A program made the translations under genes and the position numbers. The notes below the pieces were generated by a model, which was not told the origin of the DNA, made no database searches, and worked only from the letters and a program-made list of their open reading frames with translations. A stretch of DNA of 64,000 nt, from positions 10,782 through 74,781 of the forward strand of contig CAZAAD010000004.1 in assembly GCA_964483295.1 (NCBI GenBank), read 5' to 3'. Shown here in pieces: positions 57,023-64,000 of the stretch. Origin of the DNA: an uncultured Gammaproteobacteria bacterium (GTDB taxonomy: Bacteria > Patescibacteriota > Patescibacteriia > Patescibacteriales > UBA12465). Each line of letters opens with the position of its first letter. Position 1 is the first letter of the stretch.

Positions 57023-57822
57023 AACAATCCGCTTACTTAAAAATTTTGTCGCCCATCGTCCAGACTGCCGGCCAAAAAGCAAAGAAGCTATGGCTTAATT
57101 TTGATCGTCGTCAAATAAAATTAAAAAGTCAAACCCAAATAGTTACCGCCGTTGATCAAATGACAGAAAAATATCTAGTTAAAAACATTAAGAAATCTTT
57201 TCCGGGGCACGCTTTTTTAGGGGAAGAGTATGGCGCTAGTAAAAAGAAGTCGGATTATATTTGGATTATTGACCCGATTGACGGCACTACTAATTTTTCT
57301 ATCCATAACCCACTCTGGTCAATTTCTATCGGCTTAGCCTATCAAGGAGAAATAATTTTTGGCCTAATTTACGCACCGGTCTTAGATGAACTGTTTTGGG
57401 CGGAAAAAGAAAAAGGCGCTTATTTAAACAATAAGCACCTTAAATTAAGTAACGAAAATATTAAAACTAGAAGTGGTAAATTAATCCACGCCTTCTGCCA
57501 TGGCGACAAGAAACGTGATCTAGAACTTGCTTTAGCTTACTACCGTAATCAAAAATTAAGTGCCCTAGATTGTCGCCAGCTTGGTAGCGCAGCGCTAGAA
57601 CTAGCTTACGTTGCTAGCGGCCGCATTGATTCACTCGCCATCCCTGGAGCAAAGTCTTGGGATGTCGCCGCCGGTGCTTTAATCGCACGCGAGGCCGGCG
57701 CAGAAGTAAAAGATTTTTCCGGTCAAAAATGGCAATTAACGAGCCGAGATATTCTCGCTTGTCACCCAAGAATATCAGCCGATGTTCTCAAAAAAATAAA
57801 CAAAGCTTTTCTTCTTAACTAG
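57019..57822 (+). CDS. inositol monophosphatase-family phosphatase (SuhB/CysQ-like)
   Basis: [19 protein letters not shown] and WDVAAG motifs. The start overlaps the previous stop by 4 nt. Confidence 0.85.
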   Translation: MKQSAYLKILSPIVQTAGQKAKKLWLNFDRRQIKLKSQTQIVTAVDQMTEKYLVKNIKKSFPGHAFLGEEYGASKKKSDYIWIIDPIDGTTNFSIHNPLWSISIGLAYQGEIIFGLIYAPVLDELFWAEKEKGAYLNNKHLKLSNENIKTRSGKLIHAFCHGDKKRDLELALAYYRNQKLSALDCRQLGSAALELAYVASGRIDSLAIPGAKSWDVAAGALIAREAGAEVKDFSGQKWQLTSRDILACHPRISADVLKKINKAFLLN

Positions 57823-60310
57823 CTAGTATTTCTTTCAAATAAGCTCCGGTAAAACTATTCTTTACTTTCGCAACCTCAACCGGAGTGCCAGCTGCTACTA
57901 AATTTCCACCCCTTTCGCCACCTTCAGGGCCAAGATCTATGACCCAATCAGCTGATTTAATCACATCAAGATTGTGCTCAATTACTAACACTGTATTACC
58001 CTGATCAACGAGCATATTCAAAACCTTAAGCAAGCGATCAATATCATCAAAATGCAAACCAGTTGTTGGCTCATCTAAAATATAAAGAGTTTTACCAGTA
58101 GAGCGGCGCGCTAACTCTGTCGCTAACTTTATACGCTGGGCTTCGCCACCAGAAAAAGTAGTTGCGCTTTGGCCTAAACGAATATAACCAAGACCAACTT
58201 CTTCTAAAGTGCTTAATTTTTGTACAATCGGTGGGATATTGCGGAAAAAATCACGCGCCTCACTAACCGTCATCTCTAATACTTCATAAATATTTTTTCC
58301 TTGGTACAATACTTCTAAAATCTTATCTTTGAATTTCTTGCCACCACAAACATCACAAGTGATATAAACATCAGATAAAAATTGCATTTCTATCTTAATG
58401 GAGCCATCACCGGAACAATTCTCGCAACGACCACCAGGGACATTAAAGGAAAAATGACCAGCGCCCAAACCTTTAACCCGCGCTTCTGGTAATTGGGCAA
58501 ATAAATCACGGATATAGGTAAATAAACCAGTATAGGTTGCGGGGTTAGAGCGTGGCGTGCGACCAATTGGGGACTGATCAATATCAATTACTTTATCAAT
58601 ATTCTCTAAACCCTTTATTTCTTGATGACTACCGACATCCGCTTTAGCGCGATAAAATTTTCTATTCAAAGCATTAGCAAGAATATCATTCATTAAGGTT
58701 GATTTTCCGGAACCAGATACACCAGTAACGGCCACTAATTTACCGAGCGGAAAACTGACATTAATATTTTTTAAATTATGTTCTTTGGCGCCGATAATTT
58801 CAATCGCCTTGCCAGAACCAGCCCGGAATTTATTTGGTGAGGAAATTTTCTTGCGACCAGAAAGATAAGCGCCTGTTAATGAGCGTTGGCAATTCATAAT
58901 ATCGCTCGGCTTGCCAACAAATAGAACTTCGCCACCGTGTTCTCCGGCTCCTGGTCCAATATCTACCAGATAATCAGCGGCTAACATTGTAGTCGCATCG
59001 TGCTCTACAACAATAACGGTATTGCCATTATCACGTAAACCCTTAAGCGTGCCAATTAATTTATCGTTATCTTTTTGATGCAAGCCGATTGATGGCTCAT
59101 CAAGAACATACAGAACACCAGAAAGAGCCGAGCCGACCTGAGAGGCCAAACGGATACGCTGGGCTTCACCACCGGATAACGTCGCCGCTGAACGCGATAA
59201 AGCTAAGTAGTCCAAGCCTACATCTGAAAGGAAATTTAAATTCTTGCTAATCTCTTTAGCAATCGGCATCATAATAACTGCCTGCCCATTAAAAGTTTTG
59301 GTATCCTTAAGCCAAGCAGCAAATAAATTTTTTGCCTTATCAATGCTTAACTGTGAGGTTTCAAAAATATTTAAACCACCAATTCTAACAGCCAAGGATT
59401 CTGATTTCAGTCTAGCGCCATGACAAAGCGGGCATAAAGACGTGCGCATCACCTTCTCTATTTCTTGTTTAACAAAATTGGATTTAGTATTTTGATATTT
59501 TTCCTCTAAATAGCGCACGATACCAGAAAAAGAGTTGTCACCGAATAATAAAAATTTTTTTATTTCACTAGAAAAATCTTTCACCAGCAAGCGCAAGCTA
59601 AAACCCTTATCAACTGCTATTTTTTCTAAGCTAGCAATTAAGCCGTTACCATTTAAATTAGAATGCGACAAAGGCTTAATGGCTCCCTCTAAAATACTAA
59701 GGTTACCATTAAATACTAAATCGGGATCAACCTCTAATCTAGTGCCTAGGCCGGAGCAGACTGAACAAGCGCCATGGCCAGAATTAAAAGAAAATTCGCG
59801 AGGCTCTAAGTCGGCGCGACGATAACCACATTCGGCGCAAGAAAAAAATCTTTCCATCTTAACTGACTTAATTGTCCTTCCAGAAACAGTCCGAACATTT
59901 TTCTTTTCTTCCGATAATCGATTGAGCTTAGCACCACAATGCGGGCAATAAGGAACGCCACACTTAGCATACAAGAGGCGCAAATAATCATATATTTCGG
60001 TAATCGTACCGACGGTAGAACGAGGATTATTACCAACAGTGCGCTGATCAATAGAAATAGCAGGTGATAAGCCTTCAATTAAATCAACCTCCGGCTTATC
60101 CATCAAACCAACAAACTGACGCGCGTAAGAAGACAAGGATTCAACGTAACGACGTTGTCCTTCAGCATATATAGTATCAAAGGCTAAAGATGATTTACCC
60201 GATCCAGAAAGACCAGTAATAACTACTAGTTGACCGCGAGGTATATCTAAATCAATATTTTTTAGATTATTAGTTCGCGCGCCACGAATCTTGATATTGT
60301 CTAAGTTCAT
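57815..60310 (-). CDS. uvrA: excinuclease ABC subunit A, short form lacking the UvrB-binding domain
   Basis: Two ABC modules ([18 protein letters not shown]; LSGGEAQR twice) and zinc modules. It is 831 aa, with only 32 residues between CPHC and CAEC. Confidence 0.9.
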   Translation of the reverse strand: MNLDNIKIRGARTNNLKNIDLDIPRGQLVVITGLSGSGKSSLAFDTIYAEGQRRYVESLSSYARQFVGLMDKPEVDLIEGLSPAISIDQRTVGNNPRSTVGTITEIYDYLRLLYAKCGVPYCPHCGAKLNRLSEEKKNVRTVSGRTIKSVKMERFFSCAECGYRRADLEPREFSFNSGHGACSVCSGLGTRLEVDPDLVFNGNLSILEGAIKPLSHSNLNGNGLIASLEKIAVDKGFSLRLLVKDFSSEIKKFLLFGDNSFSGIVRYLEEKYQNTKSNFVKQEIEKVMRTSLCPLCHGARLKSESLAVRIGGLNIFETSQLSIDKAKNLFAAWLKDTKTFNGQAVIMMPIAKEISKNLNFLSDVGLDYLALSRSAATLSGGEAQRIRLASQVGSALSGVLYVLDEPSIGLHQKDNDKLIGTLKGLRDNGNTVIVVEHDATTMLAADYLVDIGPGAGEHGGEVLFVGKPSDIMNCQRSLTGAYLSGRKKISSPNKFRAGSGKAIEIIGAKEHNLKNINVSFPLGKLVAVTGVSGSGKSTLMNDILANALNRKFYRAKADVGSHQEIKGLENIDKVIDIDQSPIGRTPRSNPATYTGLFTYIRDLFAQLPEARVKGLGAGHFSFNVPGGRCENCSGDGSIKIEMQFLSDVYITCDVCGGKKFKDKILEVLYQGKNIYEVLEMTVSEARDFFRNIPPIVQKLSTLEEVGLGYIRLGQSATTFSGGEAQRIKLATELARRSTGKTLYILDEPTTGLHFDDIDRLLKVLNMLVDQGNTVLVIEHNLDVIKSADWVIDLGPEGGERGGNLVAAGTPVEVAKVKNSFTGAYLKEILAS

Positions 60311-60375
60311 AACTACCAGGATTATTTATTATTGCAGATATTATAGAGTAAAAAATATAAAAAAACAAGACCGAC

Positions 60376-60413
60376 AAAATAAAAAGAGGGCTCACTAAAT
60401 AAGTGGGTCCTCT
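60376..60413 (-). terminator. probable rho-independent terminator after the patatin-PLD pair
   Basis: Imperfect stem agagggctcac / gtgggtcctct (60385-60395 / 60403-60413, two mismatches), followed by ctttttatttt on the minus strand. Confidence 0.45.
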
Positions 60414-60428
60414 TAATAACAGTAAAGC

Positions 60429-61466
60429 TTAAAATATTGGATAAAAAAGCCTTAAAAATAAGGTAACAATTCGATCAATAAAAATCATTTTTACTGGTCC
60501 ACCGGCAAAGGGCTTAGCCTCGGCCTTCCAGGTTTCAACTATCTTTTTTAAATCATTAACTAGTTTTTTCTGCCGAGAAAAAATACCTACTTCAAAATTA
60601 AAATTAAAAGATAAAATATCCATATTCTGAGAACCAACCACCACCTCCTCCGTATCTAGAATCATTACTTTGGCATGATTCATGGTTTTTGTTAGATAAA
60701 AATGAACACCAACATTATATAAGCGACAAGCATTTAAAAAATTTAATTTATTTAAGGCTTTAACATCAGTATCTTCGGGAATAATAATTTCCACGCGCAC
60801 ACCGCGACGACAAGCGTCATCAAGCGCTACCAACAACCAGCGCGGCGGCAAAAAATATGGCGTTACCATCTGCACCAAGGTATTTGCTTCCGCAATTTTT
60901 TGACGATAATAACTATTTAAATAATAGGGCTTATTAGTTCCAGGCCAATTATCAACCACCCAATATTTAATCCGCTTAGATAAAGGGGTGCGGCTAAATT
61001 TTAAAACAGACTCTAGTTCACCGCCACAACGACGATAAGAATTAGCAAAAGATTTAAGGGCAAATTTTACTGTACCTCCTTCTATTCTTATTTGCAGGTC
61101 TATCCAGTTGCGAATCCTTTCTTCAATATTAACTCCTCCCAAAAAAGCAACTTTGTTATCAACAATTAACAGCTTACGATGCGTCCTTTTAAGCCAATGA
61201 CTGAAAAAAATAAACTCCGCTCCGGCCGCGCGTAATTCTTTAACCGCTTCGGACTTCAGCGATAAACTACCATAAGCATCAGCAATAACCACTACTTCCA
61301 CGCCGCTTACGACCTTCTCTTTTAATAATTTAAAAAAGTCATGAGTCCGCTCAGTATCACTAGCTAGAATATACATTTCTAAATAAATCGAAGACTTGGC
61401 CTTAGCCATTGCCTTAAACATGCCATCCCAAGCTTTTTGCGAAGTTGTATACAAGCGATATCTCAT
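60429..61466 (-). CDS. phospholipase D / cardiolipin synthase-family protein (two HKD motifs, no TM)
   Basis: HRKLLIVDNKVAFLGGVNI and HAKVMILDTEEVVVGSQNM are HxK(x)4D motifs. Confidence 0.85.
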   Translation of the reverse strand: MRYRLYTTSQKAWDGMFKAMAKAKSSIYLEMYILASDTERTHDFFKLLKEKVVSGVEVVVIADAYGSLSLKSEAVKELRAAGAEFIFFSHWLKRTHRKLLIVDNKVAFLGGVNIEERIRNWIDLQIRIEGGTVKFALKSFANSYRRCGGELESVLKFSRTPLSKRIKYWVVDNWPGTNKPYYLNSYYRQKIAEANTLVQMVTPYFLPPRWLLVALDDACRRGVRVEIIIPEDTDVKALNKLNFLNACRLYNVGVHFYLTKTMNHAKVMILDTEEVVVGSQNMDILSFNFNFEVGIFSRQKKLVNDLKKIVETWKAEAKPFAGGPVKMIFIDRIVTLFLRLFYPIF

Positions 61467-62278
61467 AGCAGTTTTTTAATCTCTTTAATATTTTTTTCCG
61501 CCTCCCGACGACCAACTCTAATAACTTCATCCGCCGACTGGTTAGACAGGTATCGATTTAAATTTAGATTTTGAATAAAACGAGAAGAATCTGGATTAAT
61601 ACGAACAGCCGCGTTCATCATGGAAATCTGCGAAAGATTATAAAATGCGATTCTAATGCTACGCAAAGCTACTTTGGCAAACGTAAATTTTTTTTCAATA
61701 AATTCATTCTTATGATAGAGATTCACCGCTACAACCTTATCTTCTCCTAGCTCCTTTAAAGCATTTACTGGAACCGGGTCACTTAGCGCACCATCAACGA
61801 AGCGTTGATGGTGATGCTTCATGGGCTCAAATACTATCGGTACAGAAGAGCTAGCTCTGACCGCGGTAGTTAATCGACCAGAGGAAAAAATGACCGGCTG
61901 ACCGCTGGATAACTCTGTGGCTACGATTCTTAAAGGAATCATGGTCTCCGCAAAAGTATGCTGTCCTAATAATTGTTCAATAAATTTTTTATATTTATTC
62001 CCACTTACTAACCCGCCTTTAAAACCAAGATCAAATAACCTAAATAAACGTCCCTTACCACTCAGTATCTTGTCCCGCAAACTATCAACTTCACCATACA
62101 GAGCATAATAAGCCGCTACTAAAGCACCAATCGAGGATCCGCTAACGGCGCTAATTGGAATATTATATTTCTGAAGAACCTGGATAACTCCAATATGAGC
62201 AAAACCACGAAACCCCCCTGACCCTAAAGCTAAAGCGATTGCTTGACGACGAGTTGGCATAAAAATTTCTATTTTCAC
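61463..62278 (-). CDS. patatin-like phospholipase
   Basis: GSGGFRG oxyanion motif, GSSIGA (GxSxG) nucleophile elbow, and DGALSD catalytic Asp. The stop overlaps the PLD start (ATGA). Confidence 0.85.
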   Translation of the reverse strand: MKIEIFMPTRRQAIALALGSGGFRGFAHIGVIQVLQKYNIPISAVSGSSIGALVAAYYALYGEVDSLRDKILSGKGRLFRLFDLGFKGGLVSGNKYKKFIEQLLGQHTFAETMIPLRIVATELSSGQPVIFSSGRLTTAVRASSSVPIVFEPMKHHHQRFVDGALSDPVPVNALKELGEDKVVAVNLYHKNEFIEKKFTFAKVALRSIRIAFYNLSQISMMNAAVRINPDSSRFIQNLNLNRYLSNQSADEVIRVGRREAEKNIKEIKKLL

Positions 62279-62351
62279 TAGTATTTATGCTGGAATTATA
62301 ACACAGCAAAGAGTAACTTAAAAGTTTTGATGTCTTGCCCTAATTTTCAAA

Positions 62352-62380
62352 TTGACAAAAATGTTGAATTTTACTAATAT
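62352..62380 (+). promoter_or_regulatory. sigma70-type promoter for the PurO-like gene
   Basis: TTGACA (62352-62357), 17-bp spacer, TAATAT (62375-62380). Confidence 0.55.
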
Positions 62381-62429
62381 CCCGGAAAATGAACTTTAAC
62401 AATTTTTTAACCATAAAAAACCAAGAAAA

Positions 62430-63164
62430 ATGGAAAGTAAAGTCTTAGCCGAGAGAAATCTCTTGGCTCTCAAAGAAAACCCTTACCCAGGCAGGGGAAT
62501 AATCCTGGGATTAGATGAAACTGGTCAATATGCCGTTCAGGTATACTGGATTATGGGCCGTAGTGAAAACAGTCGCAATCGAGTTTTTATCGAGGAGTTT
62601 GAAGGAATCTTAAAAACTGCCGCCGCTGACCCAAGCAAGGTCAAGGACCCGAGCTTAATAATATACCAAGCGATGGCAGAGAATTATCTTTGTCACTACG
62701 CTGTTAGCAATGGCCACCAAACACTAAAAGTTTCGACGGTAAAAGATTTAAATAATTTAGCAGATTGGACTTATGAGCCTGACGCGCCAAACTACACGCC
62801 AAGAATATCTGGTCGGTTTGACCTCTTGGCAACCGACGAAAATTCAAGTCTAGTCACCGAAATACTGCTTCTCAAAAAATCTCCGCTAAGCGAAGCTTGT
62901 GACCGTCATTTATACAAGCTAGCCATTTCCACTCCTGGGTTAGGCTATTGTGTCACTACTTATAGTGGCGACGGTGATCCTCTCCCCTCGTTTGCAGGGG
63001 AACCATACCTCTTACCGATTACCGGAGAGATTGAAGACGTCATCGACTCTATTTGGCAAAATCTCAACGAAGAAAATCGGGTATCGCTAGCAGTAAAGTT
63101 TATTGATATTGAAACTGGAAAATCTTTCCTTAAGATTATCAATAAATACAAACAAATTGGTTAA
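62430..63164 (+). CDS. IMP cyclohydrolase-like protein (archaeal PurO family)
   Basis: YPGRGIILGLDETGQYAVQVYWIMGRSENSRNRVF and PSLIIYQAM...AVSNGHQT parallel PurO YLGRILAVGRN..FVAYRVSSRSFPNR and NPYIAYNC...AVVSNGSHT. Confidence 0.5.
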   Translation: MESKVLAERNLLALKENPYPGRGIILGLDETGQYAVQVYWIMGRSENSRNRVFIEEFEGILKTAAADPSKVKDPSLIIYQAMAENYLCHYAVSNGHQTLKVSTVKDLNNLADWTYEPDAPNYTPRISGRFDLLATDENSSLVTEILLLKKSPLSEACDRHLYKLAISTPGLGYCVTTYSGDGDPLPSFAGEPYLLPITGEIEDVIDSIWQNLNEENRVSLAVKFIDIETGKSFLKIINKYKQIG

Positions 63165-63186
63165 AACCGCGTTATTAAAAAAATAA

Positions 63187-63220
63187 ACCCCGCCAGGTGA
63201 TGCTTGGCGGGGTCTTTATT
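63187..63220 (+). terminator. rho-independent terminator after the PurO-like gene
   Basis: About 11-bp GC-rich stem accccgccagg / cttggcggggt, followed by ctttattt. Confidence 0.7.
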
Positions 63221-63264
63221 TGCCAAAAAATAATTATCGCGCTATCATATCAATATAAATTGAT
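63220..63264 (+). promoter_or_regulatory. arsR promoter with an overlapping palindromic candidate operator
   Basis: TTGCCA (63220-63225), 17-bp spacer, TATCAT (63243-63248), immediately followed by ATCAATataaATTGAT (63249-63264). Confidence 0.45.
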
Positions 63265-63275
63265 TATATAATTAT

Positions 63276-63608
63276 ATGCCAACAAAATGTCCTACCTGTA
63301 ACCCACAAAAAGGACTAAGCCCAGAATATGCCAATCTGGCAAAATTTTTAAGAATTGTAGGTGATGACAACCGACTAAGAATCCTGTGTCTATTAAAATC
63401 AGGAGAACACTGCGTCTGTCAAATTTACCCAGCCCTTAAATTATCACAGAATCTAACTTCTAGTCATCTAAAAATTATGTTGGACTTCGGATTGCTAAAC
63501 GCGCGACAAGAATGGAAAAGAAATTATTATTCGATAAACCAGCAAGCTTTCAAAAAATACAATGCTTTATTAAATAACTTTCTTAAAAAATATGAGTGCT
63601 GTGATTAA
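63276..63608 (+). CDS. ArsR/SmtB-family metal-sensing transcriptional repressor
   Basis: LRIVGDDNRLRILCLLKSGEHCVCQI...LSQNLTSSHLKIM is a wHTH with the CVC metal-site motif. Confidence 0.85.
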   Translation: MPTKCPTCNPQKGLSPEYANLAKFLRIVGDDNRLRILCLLKSGEHCVCQIYPALKLSQNLTSSHLKIMLDFGLLNARQEWKRNYYSINQQAFKKYNALLNNFLKKYECCD

Positions 63609-63843
63609 AAACATAAAAGTTTTGGGATCAAATTGCCCAACCTGCAAACGACTCTTTGATTTAACAAGCGAGGCCGCCAAACAATTAAACCTCGGGGTTG
63701 AGGTTGAATATTTCACTGATATCCAGAAAATTATTGAGCTCGGCGTCATGTCGAGCCCGGTTTTATTAATTAATGATGAGATTGCTTTAGTCGGACAAGT
63801 GCCAAATCTGGAAAAAATTAAAGAATTACTAACCTCTCATTAA
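63592..63843 (+). CDS. small thioredoxin-fold protein (redox-active disulfide protein 2 / MTH895-like)
   Basis: 83 aa. IKVLGSNCPTCKRL CxxC motif and ...MSSPVLLINDE. Overlaps the arsR end by 17 nt. Confidence 0.75.
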   Translation: MSAVIKNIKVLGSNCPTCKRLFDLTSEAAKQLNLGVEVEYFTDIQKIIELGVMSSPVLLINDEIALVGQVPNLEKIKELLTSH

Positions 63844-63844
63844 T

Positions 63845-64000
63845 ATGTTTTACCCTTTTGAATTATTAGCTCATTGGTTATCTTACGAACTATTCGGCTT
63901 AGCTGCCGAGTCGCATCTTGGAGAATCGGTTGCGTTTTTCTTTTATGATTCTTTAAAAATTATCTTCTTGTTACTCGTCATTAATTATTTAATGGCAATT
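63845..64000 (+). CDS. permease (ArsP/DUF318-like), N-terminal fragment continuing past the window
   Basis: The ATG at 63845 gives MFYPFELLAHWLSYELFGLAAESHLGESVAFFFYDSLKIIFLLLVINYLMAI. The arsR - small thioredoxin - permease order is a common arrangement. Confidence 0.5.
   Translation, partial: MFYPFELLAHWLSYELFGLAAESHLGESVAFFFYDSLKIIFLLLVINYLMAI

Noticed and set aside
1-64000. Search for CRISPR arrays, tRNA/rRNA/tmRNA/RNase P genes, transposases, integrases or prophage genes.
   Set aside because: I saw no direct-repeat/spacer periodicity. All intergenic gaps are under 430 nt, AT-rich and explained by promoters and terminators, and no ORF has recombinase or transposase motifs.
1-64000. Alternative genetic code (UGA recoded, as in Gracilibacteria/Absconditabacteria).
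   Set aside because: All conserved genes are full length under the standard code. TGA also ends ORFs at sensible positions, for example the patatin stop at 61463-61465 and the mini-ORF stop at 11694-11696.

Overview
This is an AT-rich, very gene-dense chromosomal segment with about 60 protein genes, mostly on the minus strand. I saw no rRNA, tRNA, CRISPR array, transposase or integrase. The content is housekeeping: nrdR-nrdD, ftsA-ftsZ, secDF, clpP, a relA/spoT homolog, rpsU, hisS, lepB, queA, ruvB, gyrA, ndk, glyQS, argS and uvrA. Alongside these are type IV pilus parts, envelope and lipid enzymes, and many single-pass 'hypothetical' exoproteins, with almost no biosynthetic enzymes. That mix, and the style of the proteins, suggests a Candidate Phyla Radiation / Patescibacteria genome using the standard code; this is inference only.

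The stand-out is a ~14.8 kb same-strand island on the minus strand (10651-25439) that encodes only exported or membrane-anchored proteins. It holds three adjacent giant cysteine-dense proteins of 887, 1924 and 1310 aa, with about 26, 126 and 80 Cys by hand count. The first two carry near-identical N-terminal modules resembling the small TrbC/VirB2-like 'T4SS pilin' family of CPR bacteria. Here the module is fused to 770-1800 aa of IPT/Ig/FN3 and novel Cys-repeat ectodomain. The third giant contains an internal type IV pilin-like head region plus CGDG...ECD repeats. Small paralogous membrane proteins with thrombospondin type 3 Ca-binding repeats follow.

Other notable items:
- A 1004-aa protein made of two complete GspE/PilB ATPase cores in tandem, followed by a translin-family gene.
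- A UvrA lacking the UvrB-binding domain.
- A 46-aa Lys/Ala-rich histone-H1-like mini-gene with its own promoter, Shine-Dalgarno (SD) site and terminator.
- Tandem NrdR boxes with canonical ~31.5 bp spacing.
- A translationally coupled patatin-PLD pair.
- A genome-style signal of near-consensus sigma70 promoters with exact 17-bp spacers, but almost no SD sequences.

All calls come from reading the sequence and the translated ORFs. No database search was run.
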